Made by a program: the position numbers and the translations under genes. Of a DNA stretch of 37,034 nucleotides, positions 12,001 through 23,280 are shown piece by piece (the stretch's first letter is position 1; each line of letters starts with the position of its first letter). A model generated the notes under the pieces. The model searched no databases. It was not told the origin of the DNA and worked only from the letters and a program-made list of their open reading frames with translations. The DNA comes from Malacoraja senta (taxonomy: Eukaryota). Where the stretch lies: the NCBI GenBank assembly GCA_038087875.1, contig JAXLNO010000170.1:186001-223034 (forward strand), read 5' to 3'.

Positions 12001-13087
12001 ATTTTCGAATTAGAAATTCAGAAATTCTTGATGAATGTTGGAACAAACATCCTAATACAGAAAAATTAATATCTTATATATATAATATCCTATTATACAG
12101 TGACATTCCATCGATGGACTTACACAGACAAACATGGGAAAAAGAATTAAATCAAATAATAACGAAAGATACTTGGGAAGAATGTTTGCAACACATACAT
12201 CAATGTTCATTAAACGCCAGACATTCTCTAATACAATTTAAAGTAATACATAGGTTACATTATTCAAAAACAAAACTACATAAAATCTTTCAACATATCT
12301 CACCTATATGTGATAAATGTCAACATTTAGAAGCTACCTTATCTCATATGTTTGCAAACTGTATAAAAATTAAAAAATTCTGGGTAAATATTTTCAGTAT
12401 AATATCTAAAGTAACCAGCACACAATTGGACCCAGATCCAAAATTAATAATACTCGGAATATTAGAATTAAATCAAACATTTAGAACAACACAAAGAAAC
12501 TTTATTGATTATAGTTTAATAACAGGAAAAAAATTAATTCTAAAATTTTGGAAAGGCCCCACGGCCCCCACAATCAAAATGTGGATTATAGAAATGACGG
12601 AGACCTTATACGTGGAAAGAATCAGATTTTCCCTGTTGGACAAACAGGAAGTATTCGTTGGAACATGGTCTCCTTTTATTGATTACTTAAAGGGTCAGAA
12701 TAGTTCAGCACAGGAACCTGACTAGCACTCGGGCTAAAGAATGGATGAAATGCTATACTTAGAAATGTACGAATATACCTCGAATGAAGTTTTTTATTTT
12801 AATAAATTTTTCCATTCTTCTTTAACTATCTTTTTCCTTTTTTTTTTTTTTTGTTTGTTTTTTTTTGTTGTTTTTTTTGTTGTTGTTTTTCTTCTCTTTC
12901 TTTTCTTTCTTTACTTCATCTATCTCTTTAGTTCTATTTAGTTAAAAAAAAAAAAAAAGGCAAAAGGTATTGGAGACATGGTAATAATAATTGACAATAT
13001 TATCAATTTAAAAATGTAAGACTGTAATGATGTAAATAGGTTGTGTACTTATCTCCAATAAAAAATATTTTCAAAAAAAAAAAAAAA
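9030..13087 (+). mobile_element. 5'-truncated L1 LINE with nearly complete ORF2 (APE endonuclease, RT, CCHC)
   Basis: IIFLQETH (9035), GGDFN, YSRIDYF, ISDHAP; RT motifs DAEKAFD, GCRQGCPLSP, YADD; C-terminal CDKC..HMFANC. In-frame TAA at 10376-10378 and a +1 T frameshift in the T8 run at 11367-11374. AATAAA at 13057 and poly(A) at 13073-13087. Confidence 0.95.
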
Positions 13088-13167
13088 GGATTTGCAGAAC
13101 CATGCATCCGTGTTGAGATTGGGAACAATGTGACTGTTCAGACTTAAGGTGGTTACATTATCTGCCT

Positions 13168-13472
13168 TAGAAACATAGAAACATAGAAAATAGGTGCAGG
13201 AGGAGGCCATTTGAGCCAGCACCGCCATTCAATGTGATCATGGCTGATCGTCCCTATCAATAACCCGTGCCTGCCTTCTCCCCATATCCCTTGACTCCAC
13301 TAGCCCCTAGAGCTCTATCTAACTCTCTCTTAAATCCATCCAGTGACTAGGCCTCCACTGCCCTCTGTGGCAGGGAATTCCACAAATTCACAACTCTCAG
13401 GGTGAAAACGTTTTTTCTCACCTCAGTCTTAAATGACCTCCCCTTTATTCTAAGACTGTGGCCCTGGTTCTG
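13168..13472 (-). mobile_element. CR1 3' end fragment
   Basis: (agaaacat)n tail and reverse-complement similarity to 28100-28399. Confidence 0.8.
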
Positions 13473-13475
13473 GCT

Positions 13476-13692
13476 TGTATAAGAAAGAACTGCAGATGCT
13501 AGTTTAAATCAAAGGTAAGCACAAAATACTGGAGTAACTCAGCCTGACAGGCAGCATCTCTGGAGAGAAGGAATGGGTGATGTTTTGGGTTGAGACATCA
13601 GTCTGAAGAAGGGTCTCAACACGAAACGTCACCCATTCCTTCTCTCCAAAGATGCTGCCTGTCCCGCTGAGTTCCTCCCAGCATTTTGTGTC
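13476..13692. mobile_element. Penelope-derived terminal repeat in fold-back arrangement
   Basis: 13520-13596 is an imperfect inverted repeat of 13613-13690; same sequence family as the 3' terminus of the Penelope at 23445-25136. Confidence 0.75.
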
Positions 13693-13919
13693 CACATTAT
13701 CAGGCTTGCTGCATTTGACTGAATGCAGTTCACACACCAAAATGTATTTTTGCAGTAAATAGCATCATGAAGATTACTTGGATTGGTGTCAATTTGGCTC
13801 TGCATAAACCATCCTGTATGTAAACCCATTAAAGCCAACCTTCTACATGAAATGGATTGGATTACATTAATTCAATACTGACAATGTCAATATCACAATT
13901 TTAAGACCACTGTGGCCTC

Positions 13920-14120
13920 TACCTTTCCTGGATCATCTTTACTTTTTCACATATCTTTCATTCATTTGTTCTATATCTCTCTGTATCACCGTCTATATCT
14001 CTCGTTTCCCTCTCCCCTGACTCTCAGTCTGAAGAAAGGTCTCCACCTGAAACACCGCCTATTCCTTCTCTCCAGAGATGCTGTCTGTCCCGCTGAGTTA
14101 CTCCAGCTTTTTGTGTTCAT
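13920..14120 (+). mobile_element. Penelope terminal repeat fragment
   Basis: Similar to 25000-25132 and continues into tgtcccgctgagttactccagc. Confidence 0.7.
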
Positions 14121-14247
14121 CCTCATAATTTTAACATATTTGTGTCATGATTTTAAGCAAAACATTACAGAATCATTTCCAACCGTAGCAGTCAGAAGTT
14201 GTACAGAGCCACAAAGGTGGGAATAAAAGTACATCATATTCAACTTA

Positions 14248-14496
14248 AGGACCTGTCCCATGTTCACGATCTAATTCACGACCTCTGCCGAGTTTGCCCT
14301 TGACTCATACTCGCACCATGGTCGTCAAGAGGCCGTAGGAGGTCGTAGGTAGGCCATGGGTAGGTCGTAAGTATATCGTGATGCTAGGCGTAGGTACTCG
14401 TGGCATCAAGTAGGTCGGGGCGTTTTTCTAGCCTGATGAAAAATGTCCACGAGTAAAAACAGTCGGGAATTAGGTCGCGAAAGTGAGACAGGCCCT
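14248..14496. mobile_element. PIF/Harbinger-type MITE
   Basis: TIRs aggacctgtccca / tgagacaggccct with extended imperfect subterminal complementarity; flanked by TTA and ATA (3-bp TWA-like target). Confidence 0.7.
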
Positions 14497-15292
14497 ATAG
14501 AAGTTTCGAAGGATGAAGCTTAACAGATCATGAAGGGCCTAGATAGAGTGGATGTGGAAAGGATGTTTCCACTAATGGGAGAGTCCAGAACCAGAGGACA
14601 CAGTATTGGAATAAAACGATGTACCTCAAGACTGGAGATATGGTGGTGAGTCTGTGGAATTCAGAGGGTCAATGTCCCCTTGCAGCTCTTCCTTGCCTCT
14701 TCACAGTTCCCTTGCTACTCCACTCACTAGATCTCCAGTGCCCTTTTTCTCCATTGTCAATGATTTTTGAATTGATGGGAATAGTCTGCAGATCAGGGAG
14801 CTGGTGGTGAGAGGAACAGACTTGAAGATATTTACAGAATAACTTTTCTCCCATCATTGACCCGGGACGTTAGACACGTGAGACTGCAGATGCTGGAACC
14901 TTGAGTAGAACCACAAAGTGCTGGAGGAACTCAGAAGATTCAGACAGCATGTGGGGAGGGAATGGACACTCGATGTTTCCGGTCGGGATCCGTCTTCACA
15001 CTGATTGGAGTCGGGGGGGGGGAGCCGGAAAAGAGAAATGGAATGGAATACTTTACTTAATTGCCACATGTGACAAATGCTTGCGTACCCAAGGTATACA
15101 AATAGTCACCACATAAAGGGCGCTGAATACGTTACAAAGTTGGAGTGGGACAAAGTCTGGCAAGTGTTAGATGAGGGGGTTTCATTGGAAGATGGGTGAA
15201 AAAGAGATAATAGGGTGCCAGATAATGAGAGGAGAGGAACAGAGAGAGGTAAAGCCGGAGGAAGGGATGTGGATGGAAGTGAACGGATATTC

Positions 15293-15929
15293 GTTTCAGT
15301 TTTAATTTTAGAGATATAGCGTGAGTTCTATGTTATCCCACTTTCTCATTCACGCCCCACACACCAAGGGGCAATTTACAGATGCCAATCAACCTACAAA
15401 CCTGCACGTCTTTGGGATGTGGTTAGAAACCGGAGCACCCGGAGGAAACCTACGCGGTCACAGGGATGTAGCCAAAATGCTGGAGAAACTCACAGGGAGA
15501 ACGTGCAAACTCCATACAGACAGCACCCATGGTCAGGATGGAAGCCAGGTCTCTGGCGCTGTGAGGCAGCAACTCTACCAGCTGTGCCAGTGTGCCACTG
15601 ACCCTAATAAGGGGGAGAGGAAGAGGTGAACGTGGGATTTAGTTTTAGAGGTGCAGGACGTAAACAGGCCCTTCGGCCCACCGAATCCGCACCGACCAAC
15701 GATCCCTGTACACTTACACTATCCTAGACTTAACTAGGGACAATTTTACCAAAACCAATTAACCTACAAACCTGTACGTCTTTGGACTCAGGGAGAAAAC
15801 CGGAGAAGACCTACTCTGGTCACGGAGAGAACATGCAAACTCCGTACAGACAGCACCCATAGACAGGACCAAACCCGGGTCTCTGGTGCTGTAAAGCAGC
15901 GACTGTACCGCTGCGTCACCGTGCCGCCC
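15293..15929 (-). mobile_element. Two tandem V-SINE copies (about 15293-15600 and 15638-15929)
   Basis: Both are reverse-complement similar to 4761-5037 (aaactcc.tacagacagcacccat, ctgtaccgctgcg). Confidence 0.8.
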
Positions 15930-16379
15930 AGAGATGTTACCTCAGTTTCTCTCTCCCCACATACTGCCTGAATTGCTGAGTATTGATTGAACTCTGTGTC
16001 TTTTTTCGCAGTTCACCTTGAAGATCAACACTGTCTTATTTATCAGTCTGAAGAAGGATTTCGGCCCGAAACGTTGCCTATTTCCTTCGCTCCATAGATG
16101 CTGCTGCACCCGCTGAGTTTCTCCAGCATTTTTGTGTACCATTGTTTTATTTATCATTTCCATCTCCAGTATTTCCAATTACAACATCTTAAAAAATAAA
16201 TAAAACACTTGGTCGATCTTCCGATTGGTGAGGAGGAATGCTTTTGACTTGAAGAGTACAATAAGAATCCAGCATCCACCCTGCTCCTGTGATTAAGAGT
16301 GAAATAAACAGCAACAGAAATCAGAGCTGTCTGTCGATCCGTTCATTTCAACGCGTTAACTGCGTCACTTCTTGGTTCC

Positions 16380-16396
16380 GCCACTAGATGGCAGCA
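16380..16396 (+). promoter_or_regulatory. CTCF-binding motif
   Basis: gCCACTAGATGGCAGCA matches the CTCF core consensus CCACYAGRKGGC(A/G)(G/C); it lies in an apparently non-repetitive island between the two genes. Confidence 0.65.
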
Positions 16397-16544
16397 AAGC
16401 CACGTGGTGCGACCACAGACCAGCTGTAACTTTGAGAATTAACTTTGACAATTGCAGAAACAGCGGGAATCTGATTTAATAAGTGACTTTTGTGACCTGT
16501 TACCACACCTGCGGCCCAAACCAAATGCATGGCTAAAAATGTGG

Positions 16545-17390
16545 AATAAAAGCTTGCAACCCAGCGGTATTAATATTGATTTCTCTAATTTCAAGTAACC
16601 CTTTCATTCCCTCTCCCTCCTTCTCTCGCTACCCACCATAGGCGTCCCGCTAGTTTTACTATTCATGTCCCATAATTATCATCTCTTCCACAGTCAACAA
16701 TGGACCATTGTGGGCTCCATTTTTCCTTAGACATCTGGACATTGACCACAAGCGCACTGACTCCAACAGCTACCCAGTCTGTGCCTCCTCCAGCCCAGCC
16801 TCCTGTGAGGATGCCATCCCCTTCTTTCAGTTCCTCCATCTCCGCCGCATCAGTGCTCAAGATGAGGTGTGTAGGAAGAAGATGCAGATGCTGGTTTAAA
16901 CCGAGGATAGACATAAAATGCTGGAGTAACTCAGTGGGACAGGCAGCATCTCTGGAGAGAAGGAATGGGTGACGTTTCAGGTCGAGACCTTTCTTCAGAG
17001 TGGTTCGGGATCACAGAGGGGGAGCAGCGAGAGGTCTTCTACTCCAAGACATCGGAGGTGTCCTCTTTCTTCAGGAAACAGGGCTTCAACTCCACTACAA
17101 TTGATGGTGCCCTCACTTGTATCTCCACCACTATCTGCACATCAGATCTCACCTCCCTCCCCTCCAGAGTGAATAAGCGTAGAGATCCCTGGTCTTCATC
17201 TTTCACCCCATCATCCCATCCCCAGGCGCTTTCCCCTACAACCCACCAGGGGAGGCGCCACTCTGTCTCTACACCTCGACCCTTACCACCATTCAGGAAC
17301 ACAAACAGCCCTTTCATGGGAGGCAGAGATTCACTTGCATCTTCTCCATCCTCATCTATGGCACTCGGTTCTCTCGATGTGGCCTCCTTT
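16545..17390 (+). mobile_element. Degraded, rearranged Penelope fragments with an inverted terminal repeat at about 16868-16998
   Basis: Pieces similar to 24040-24330 and 24580-24960 (FFQFLHLRRI, agattcacttgcatc). Confidence 0.65.
16971..16998 (-). ncRNA. Minimal type-I hammerhead ribozyme-like core in a Penelope terminal repeat (best-preserved copy)
   Basis: Minus strand reads CUGAAGA-A-AGGUC-UC-GACCU-GAAAC-GUC: conserved CUGANGA/GAAA boxes, 5-bp stem II, palindromic ACGU stem III and a GUC triplet. Confidence 0.55.
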
Positions 17391-17842
17391 ACATCTAAAC
17401 GCCTCTACTTCCTCAGAAGACCGAGGAAGTTTGGCATGTCTCAAACCTCGAAGAATTACGAGTCCGCTATACCAGAGTGAATTAATTGGTGTTGATGGTG
17501 ATCGGACGAGGACAGTATAGGTCTTACTGAGGACGTGTAAATGGGAGCAGAGAATGAAATTGGAAACAAATAATTCAAGAGAGGAGAATAACGCTGAATT
17601 CACTGAACTTCTCGCAACTATGTCGACGCCAGAAACGTGGCGACTCTCTCTGTACTGCCTGGGTGAGGTCTGTATTTTACCGGTTTGCATGCAAAAACAA
17701 AGAATTTCACCGTCCCTTGATACATGTGACAATAGAGTATAATTGAATCATTGAGTTGAATTCAAGTTTGCACATGAGAATGTTAAATAAAATAACAGTG
17801 TTTGCTATAGAACGGATATTATTGTGCAGCCTAATATGAACC

Positions 17843-17921
17843 ATTCACGATAAGAAACACGGATGTATTTAGTTTAAGGGAATTCACGATAGGAAACACG
17901 GATGTATTTAGTTTAAGGGAA
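17843..17921. repeat. 39-bp tandem duplication upstream of the TRIM start
   Basis: attcacgata(a/g)gaaacacggatgtatttagtttaaggga at 17843 and 17882. Confidence 0.9.
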
Positions 17922-18376
17922 TGAAATTTACCCGAAGCTAATTTCAAATGACATCGGCTTTCTGGTCATGGCTGTGATTGACGGGGCTGAACTCTTTGTC
18001 CAACTGTTTGCCCATCAACTCCCCCCTCTCCCCCCTCAACTGTGTCAACCTATTACCAGCCAGGCTTTGTCCTGCCCCCTTCCTTCCATCGTTCTTCCAT
18101 CTCCCACCCACCGCCCCTACAATCAGTCTGAAGAAGGGTCCAGACCCGAAACATCACCTGTCCATGTTCTCCAGAGGTGCTACTTGACACGCTGAGTTAA
18201 TCCAGCACTTTGTGCCTTTTTGCTGTGAAGCAGCATCTGCAGTTCCATGTTTCTGCATCTTCACACTGAACACTTGCAGCCGAATTACATTCATTCCCCG
18301 AGACGGCAGCGCGCGCAGCGTCAGCAGTTTCAGCGAATGGGAATGCGTTTTGAACCAGGAATTGGCGGATTAAAAA

Positions 18377-18787
18377 ATGGCTTCGAAAGACCAGGTCGAG
18401 AGTTGGACCGAGGAGGCAATTTGTCCCATCTGCCTGGATTTCTTCACCGATCCGGTGTCACTGGAGTGTGGGCACAACTTCTGCCGCTCCTGTATCACAC
18501 AGAGTTGGGACAGGGAGGGGAGAAACTCCTGCCCGGAATGTAGAGAGGAGTTTACAGACCGCACCCTCAGGGTTAGTCGGGCCTTGGCGAGACTGTCTGA
18601 GAAAGCTCGAACACTGAGCCTGAATCGGACAGAGAAGGAAAGTAAACTTCAGTGCGAGGAACATCAGGAGGAACTGAAGCTGTTTTGTGAAACCGACAAG
18701 AAGCTGATCTGTGTGAATTGTGCAGCTGGGCGGGAACACAAGTCTCACAGCTTCACGCTGATAGCAGAAGCTGCAGAAATCTACAAG
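18377..18787 (+). CDS. TRIM E3 ligase (TRIM39/A33/NF7-like) coding exon 1: C3HC4 RING and B-box2
   Basis: CPICLDFFTDPVSLECGHNFCRSC...CPEC; CEEH...FCETD...ICVNC...EHKSH; 411 nt ending at the phase-0 donor AAG|gtaaaa. Confidence 0.96.
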
Positions 18788-18878
18788 GTAAAAGCAAATC
18801 GATGTTGATCGCATCATTGTTTAATTCCATCTTTATTGTCTAACACTTTCATTCTCTGATTCCCAAACACAATCCCAG

Positions 18879-18974
18879 GATCAAGTGAAATCTTCCATCC
18901 AGTCTCTCACAAAAGAGAAATCAGGGATCCAGCAAATGAAGCAGCAACAGAAACAGAAGATTTCTGGAGTTCTG
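18879..18974 (+). CDS. TRIM coding exon 2 (coiled-coil, 96 nt)
   Basis: cccag|GAT...CTG|gtgagg; DQVKSSIQSLTKEKSGIQQMKQQQKQKISGVL; the 96-nt size is typical of class IV TRIMs. Confidence 0.93.
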
Positions 18975-19588
18975 GTGAGGCTTTCAGTTTCGATTTCCTG
19001 ATCTTGTGTAGATTTGATCCATGTAATGCGTGTAATAATAGGGCAGCGCAGTGACACAAGTAGTGCTGCTGTCTCCTAGTTCTGGTGAGCGGGTTCGATC
19101 CTGACCTCGCATGCTGCCCGTGTGGTTCACGCCTTCTCCCTGTGGCCGCGGCGGATTCCTGCCACGTCCCCAATATACGCTGGTTCAATGGTCAATCGGT
19201 GACTGTTATAATCGCTGGGAAAGTGGGTGGTGGAGGGATAAATGGGTATTAATGGGCACGTGAAAAGGAATAGGCAGCAGGGAATTGTATTGTGGGTAGA
19301 GGATTGATGGGTTATAACAATACCCTCACGACATTTCAGAAGCATTTAGACAAACTGTCTAAATACTTCTGAAGTCTGAAGAACGGTCTCGACCCGAAAC
19401 GTCGCCTATTCCATCTCTCAATAGATGCTGCCTCACCCGCTGAGCTTCTCCAGCATTTCTGTCTACCTTAGACAAACTATTGAATTGCCAAATCAAATAA
19501 AAAATGCACAGGCCAAATGTCACCGTTAAAGTCGTGAGGAAACACAATCAGTGACATTATATATTATTCTTCACCTTTTATTTCGCAG

Positions 19589-19822
19589 GAACAATCACAC
19601 AACCTTCAGTTCAAGATCACATCCCAGTATGCTGAACTGCACCAGATTCTCACTGAGAAAGAGCAGCGCGCACTGACAGATATCCGGGAGGAAGAGAAGA
19701 AGATTCTAAATACAATGGAGAAAAATCTTGGAAAGATTCAAGAGGATTTAAAATCCATTCAGGAGGAACTCTTAAAGTTGCAGCAACAGATGGATCAAAA
19801 AGACAGTGTGATGTTTCTGAAG
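19589..19822 (+). CDS. TRIM coding exon 3 (coiled-coil, 234 nt)
   Basis: ttcgcag|GAA...AAG|gtgagg; EQSHNLQFKITSQYAELHQILTEKEQRAL...DSVMFLK; phase 0/0. Confidence 0.93.
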
Positions 19823-21025
19823 GTGAGGGGTTACACTACAGTTTGGTGAAGTGAAAGTGCAGTCACAAAATGGTGGGTGACCTTTCAGAAAATAATGCTG
19901 CATTTACCAGTAATTCGGAACTGAGTAAATGTTCCCTCTGTTCCAGCTGTTGTTGTTCAGAAACTAATTGGCCTCCCGCTGAATCTATGGGATCTCAGGA
20001 CTGTCTGGCCGGAATGTAGAGAGGTGTTTTTATTATGTGGGGTTTAGAACAATGACAGGTGATCCTATATCTAATTCCAAGGACCACGAATGGGCAGAGG
20101 GCAGTGAATATCTGGGAGTCTCCAACCAAAAGACTCTGAGAGGTTTTGCATGTTAGACATATTTTAAACCAGAGGAGGATACATTTAATAAAATTCGGGG
20201 AATTGTAATTGACGGGAATGGGGCAAAGAGAAGGAGTTACGTCCTGGGCTAGATCAGCCATGACCACATTGTGGGGATTAACATTGTAATTTAGAACGTG
20301 GCGCACACATCAGATTGATCATCTATATCCGGTTCTCATCAACAGTGGGTGTTTACCTTGGGGGTATTTGCTCTGTTTGTTTTGTCCACCTTGTTTCACC
20401 ATAGAATGACATCCCATTCTACATCATAGACAGGCCATTTGGCCCATCCTATCCAGTCAGGTTTTCTGCTCCACTCATCATCCCTCCCATCTACTCTCCA
20501 CACCCAGTAACAATACCCCGAATTCCAGGAGCCCTAATGTGTTTATCCCGCTTGCACTTAAATTTATCTCTGCTGTTGGCTTCAGTCCCTCCAATGCAAG
20601 TGAGGTCCATGTTCTCATGACTGTATTCCTTTCGGTATTTATTGAAAACCATGTTACATTTCAACTTTGATTATTGGTCTCCCCTTCGATTTGAGATATT
20701 ATCCCCACCCATTTTAATCCACCGATAATTTGAAATTCTCTCATCATTCCTGACATCTTCTCCAGATGAAATCCCACGACCTGCCCAGTCTTTTCATTAA
20801 GTTCCATCCTCTCAGTTATGGCATCATTCTCATAAACATTCCTTGTGCTTTCCCCCATCGTTCTACATCTCTGCAGCAATATCCACTTTCTCACTGCATG
20901 ACAGTGGTGATAAGAGTTGGGAAATGGGAATTATCAGAGGATTGTAGAAATTTGGTGAAATGGCCGCTGTCGGGATGAGGACGGTTCATCTCAATCAATT
21001 GAAATTTGTGTTTTATTTCTTTCAG

Positions 21026-21048
21026 GAGGAAGCTGGTCGCAAGCAAAG
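21026..21048 (+). CDS. TRIM exon 4, copy A (23 nt)
   Basis: ttcag|GAGGAAGCTGGTCGCAAGCAAAG|gtagga; EEAGRKQ(R). Confidence 0.7.
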
Positions 21049-21145
21049 GTAGGACATTGTTTTGACGGAAACATTGTAAGTTTTGGTGGAACAGCTCAAA
21101 ACTTTTTGAATGCTCAGTTTATAACCAGCTGTTAAATATTTCCAG

Positions 21146-21311
21146 GGTTCGTGATGCAGCCAAACCACTGTCGGTGGTAGATGAAACGTTGCCAATTGAA
21201 AAGTTTAATTGCCCTGTTTCGTTCAAGACGGCATTCAAAAAAATATCTGATGACCGCAAGTCCTACCCTGCACTACAGTTTGGCGAAGTGCAAGTGTGCA
21301 GTCACAAAATG
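21146..21311 (+). CDS. TRIM exon 5, copy A (native donor lost; end placed at a putative cryptic donor)
   Basis: tccag|G GTT CGT...; homology to copy B ends at 21260, just before the native donor. The frame stays open to ATG|gtgggt at 21311 (phase 0) or to TAG at 21356. Confidence 0.45.
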
Positions 21312-21890
21312 GTGGGTGACATTTCAGAAATAAATGATGCATTTACCAGTAATTAGGAACTGAGTAAATGTTGTTCAGAAACTAATTGGCCTCCCGCTGA
21401 ATCTATGGGATCTCAGGACTGTCTGGCCGGAATGTAGAGAGGTGTTTTTATTATGTGGGGTTTAGAACAATGACAGGTGATCCTATTGATCCCAAGGACC
21501 ACGAATGCTCAGTGGGCCATGAATATCTGGGATTCACCAACCAAGAGACTCTGAGAGGTTTTACATGTTAGACGTATTTTAAACCAGAGGAAGATACATT
21601 TTAAAAAATTCTGGGAATTGTAATCGATAGGAATGAGGCAAAGAGGAGGAGTTCAGACCTGGTCTCGATCAGCCATGGCCACATTGTGTGGATTAACATT
21701 GAAATCTAGAACGTGGCGCACACATCAGATTGATCATCTATATCCGGTTCCCATCAGCAGTGGGTGGTCACCTTGGGGGAATTTGCTCTGTTTGTTTTGT
21801 CCACCTTGTTTCACCATAGAATGACATCTCATTCTACATCATAGACAGGCCATTTGGCCCTTCCTATCCACTCATCATCCCTCCCATCTA

Positions 21891-22616
21891 GGGATCTAGG
21901 AATAACTGTGCATAGTTCCCTGATGGTGGAATCTCATGTAGATAGGGTGGTAAAGAAAGCTTTTGGTGTGCTGGCCTTTATAAATCAGAGCATTGAATAT
22001 AGAAGTTGGGATGTAATGTTAAAATAGTACAAGGCATTGGTGAGGCCAATTCTGGAGTATGGAGTAAAATTTTGGTCGCCTAATTATAGGAAGGATGTCA
22101 ACAAAATAGAGAGAGTACAGAGGAGATTTACTAGAATGTTGCCTGGGTTTCAGCAACTAAGTTACAGAGAAAGGTTGAACAAGATAGGTCTTTATTCTTT
22201 GGAGCGCAGAAGGTTAAGGGGGGACTTGATAGAGGTCTTTAAAATGATGAGCGGGTTAGACAGAGTTGACATGGATAAGCTTTTCCCATTGAGAGGAGGG
22301 AAGATTCAAACAAGGGGACATGAGAATTAAGGGACAGAAGTTTAGGGGTAACATTAGGGGGAACTTCTTTAATCAGAGAGTGGTAGCTGTGTGGAATGAG
22401 CTTCCAGTGGAAGTGGTGGAGGCAGGTTCGATTTTATCCTTTAAAAATAGATTGGATGGGTATATGGACGTGAAAGGAATGGAGGGTTATGGTCTGAGTG
22501 CAGGTAGATGGGACTAGGGGGAAGAAAGAAGAAAGAAGGAAAAAAATGTTCAGCACGGACTTGAAGGGCCGAGATGGCCTGTTTCCGTGCTACAATGGTT
22601 ATATGGTTATATGGTT
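21891..22616 (+). mobile_element. 5'-truncated CR1 inserted in duplication copy B
   Basis: LVRPILEYG...ERVQRRFTRMLPG...RLRGDLIEVFK; (atggttat)n tail; 5-bp TSD atcta at 21886-21890 and 22617-22621; the empty site is present in copy A at 20489-20493. Confidence 0.92.
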
Positions 22617-23160
22617 ATCTACTCTCCAGACCCGGTAACAATACCCCAAATTCCAGGAGCCCTAATGTGTTTATCCCGCTTGCACTTAAATGTATCTCTG
22701 CTGTTGGCTTCAGTCCCTCCAATGCAAGTGAGGTCCATGTTCTCATGACTGCATTCCTTTCGGTATTTATTGAAGACCACGTTACATTTCCACTTTGATT
22801 ATTGGTCTCCCCTTCAATTTGAGATATTATTTCATCCCCACACATTTAAATTCACCGATAAACTTAAATTCACTCTCATCATCCCTGACATCCTCTACAG
22901 ATGAAATCCCACGACCTTCCCAGTCTTTTAATTAATTTCCATCCTCTCAGTTATGGCGTAATTCTCATGAACATTCCTTGTGCTTTCCCCCATCATTCTA
23001 CATGTCTGCGGCAATATCCGCTTTCTGTCTGCATGACAACGGTGATAAGAGTTGGGAAATGGGAATTATCAGAGGATTGTAGAAATTTGGTGAAATTCCC
23101 GCTGTCGGGATGAGGACGGTCCATCTGAATCAATTGAGATTTGTGTTTTATTTCTTGCAG

Positions 23161-23183
23161 GAGGAAGCTGGTGGCGAGCAAAG
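23161..23183 (+). CDS. TRIM exon 4, copy B (23 nt)
   Basis: ttgcag|GAGGAAGCTGGTGGCGAGCAAAG|gtagga; EEAGGEQ(R). Confidence 0.8.
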
Positions 23184-23280
23184 GTAGGACATTGTCTTGA
23201 CGGTAACATTGTAGGTTTTGGTGGAACAGCTCAAAACATTTCTAACGCTCAGTTTATAACCTGCTGTTAAATATTTCCAG

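Noticed and set aside
12741..12941. Hydrophobic Phe-rich ORF
   Set aside because: T-rich low-complexity tract in the L1 3' UTR.
9004..13095. gatttgc on both sides of the L1 as a TSD
   Set aside because: Only 7 bp, not flush with the recognisable L1 5' end and not an A-rich L1 target; may be chance.
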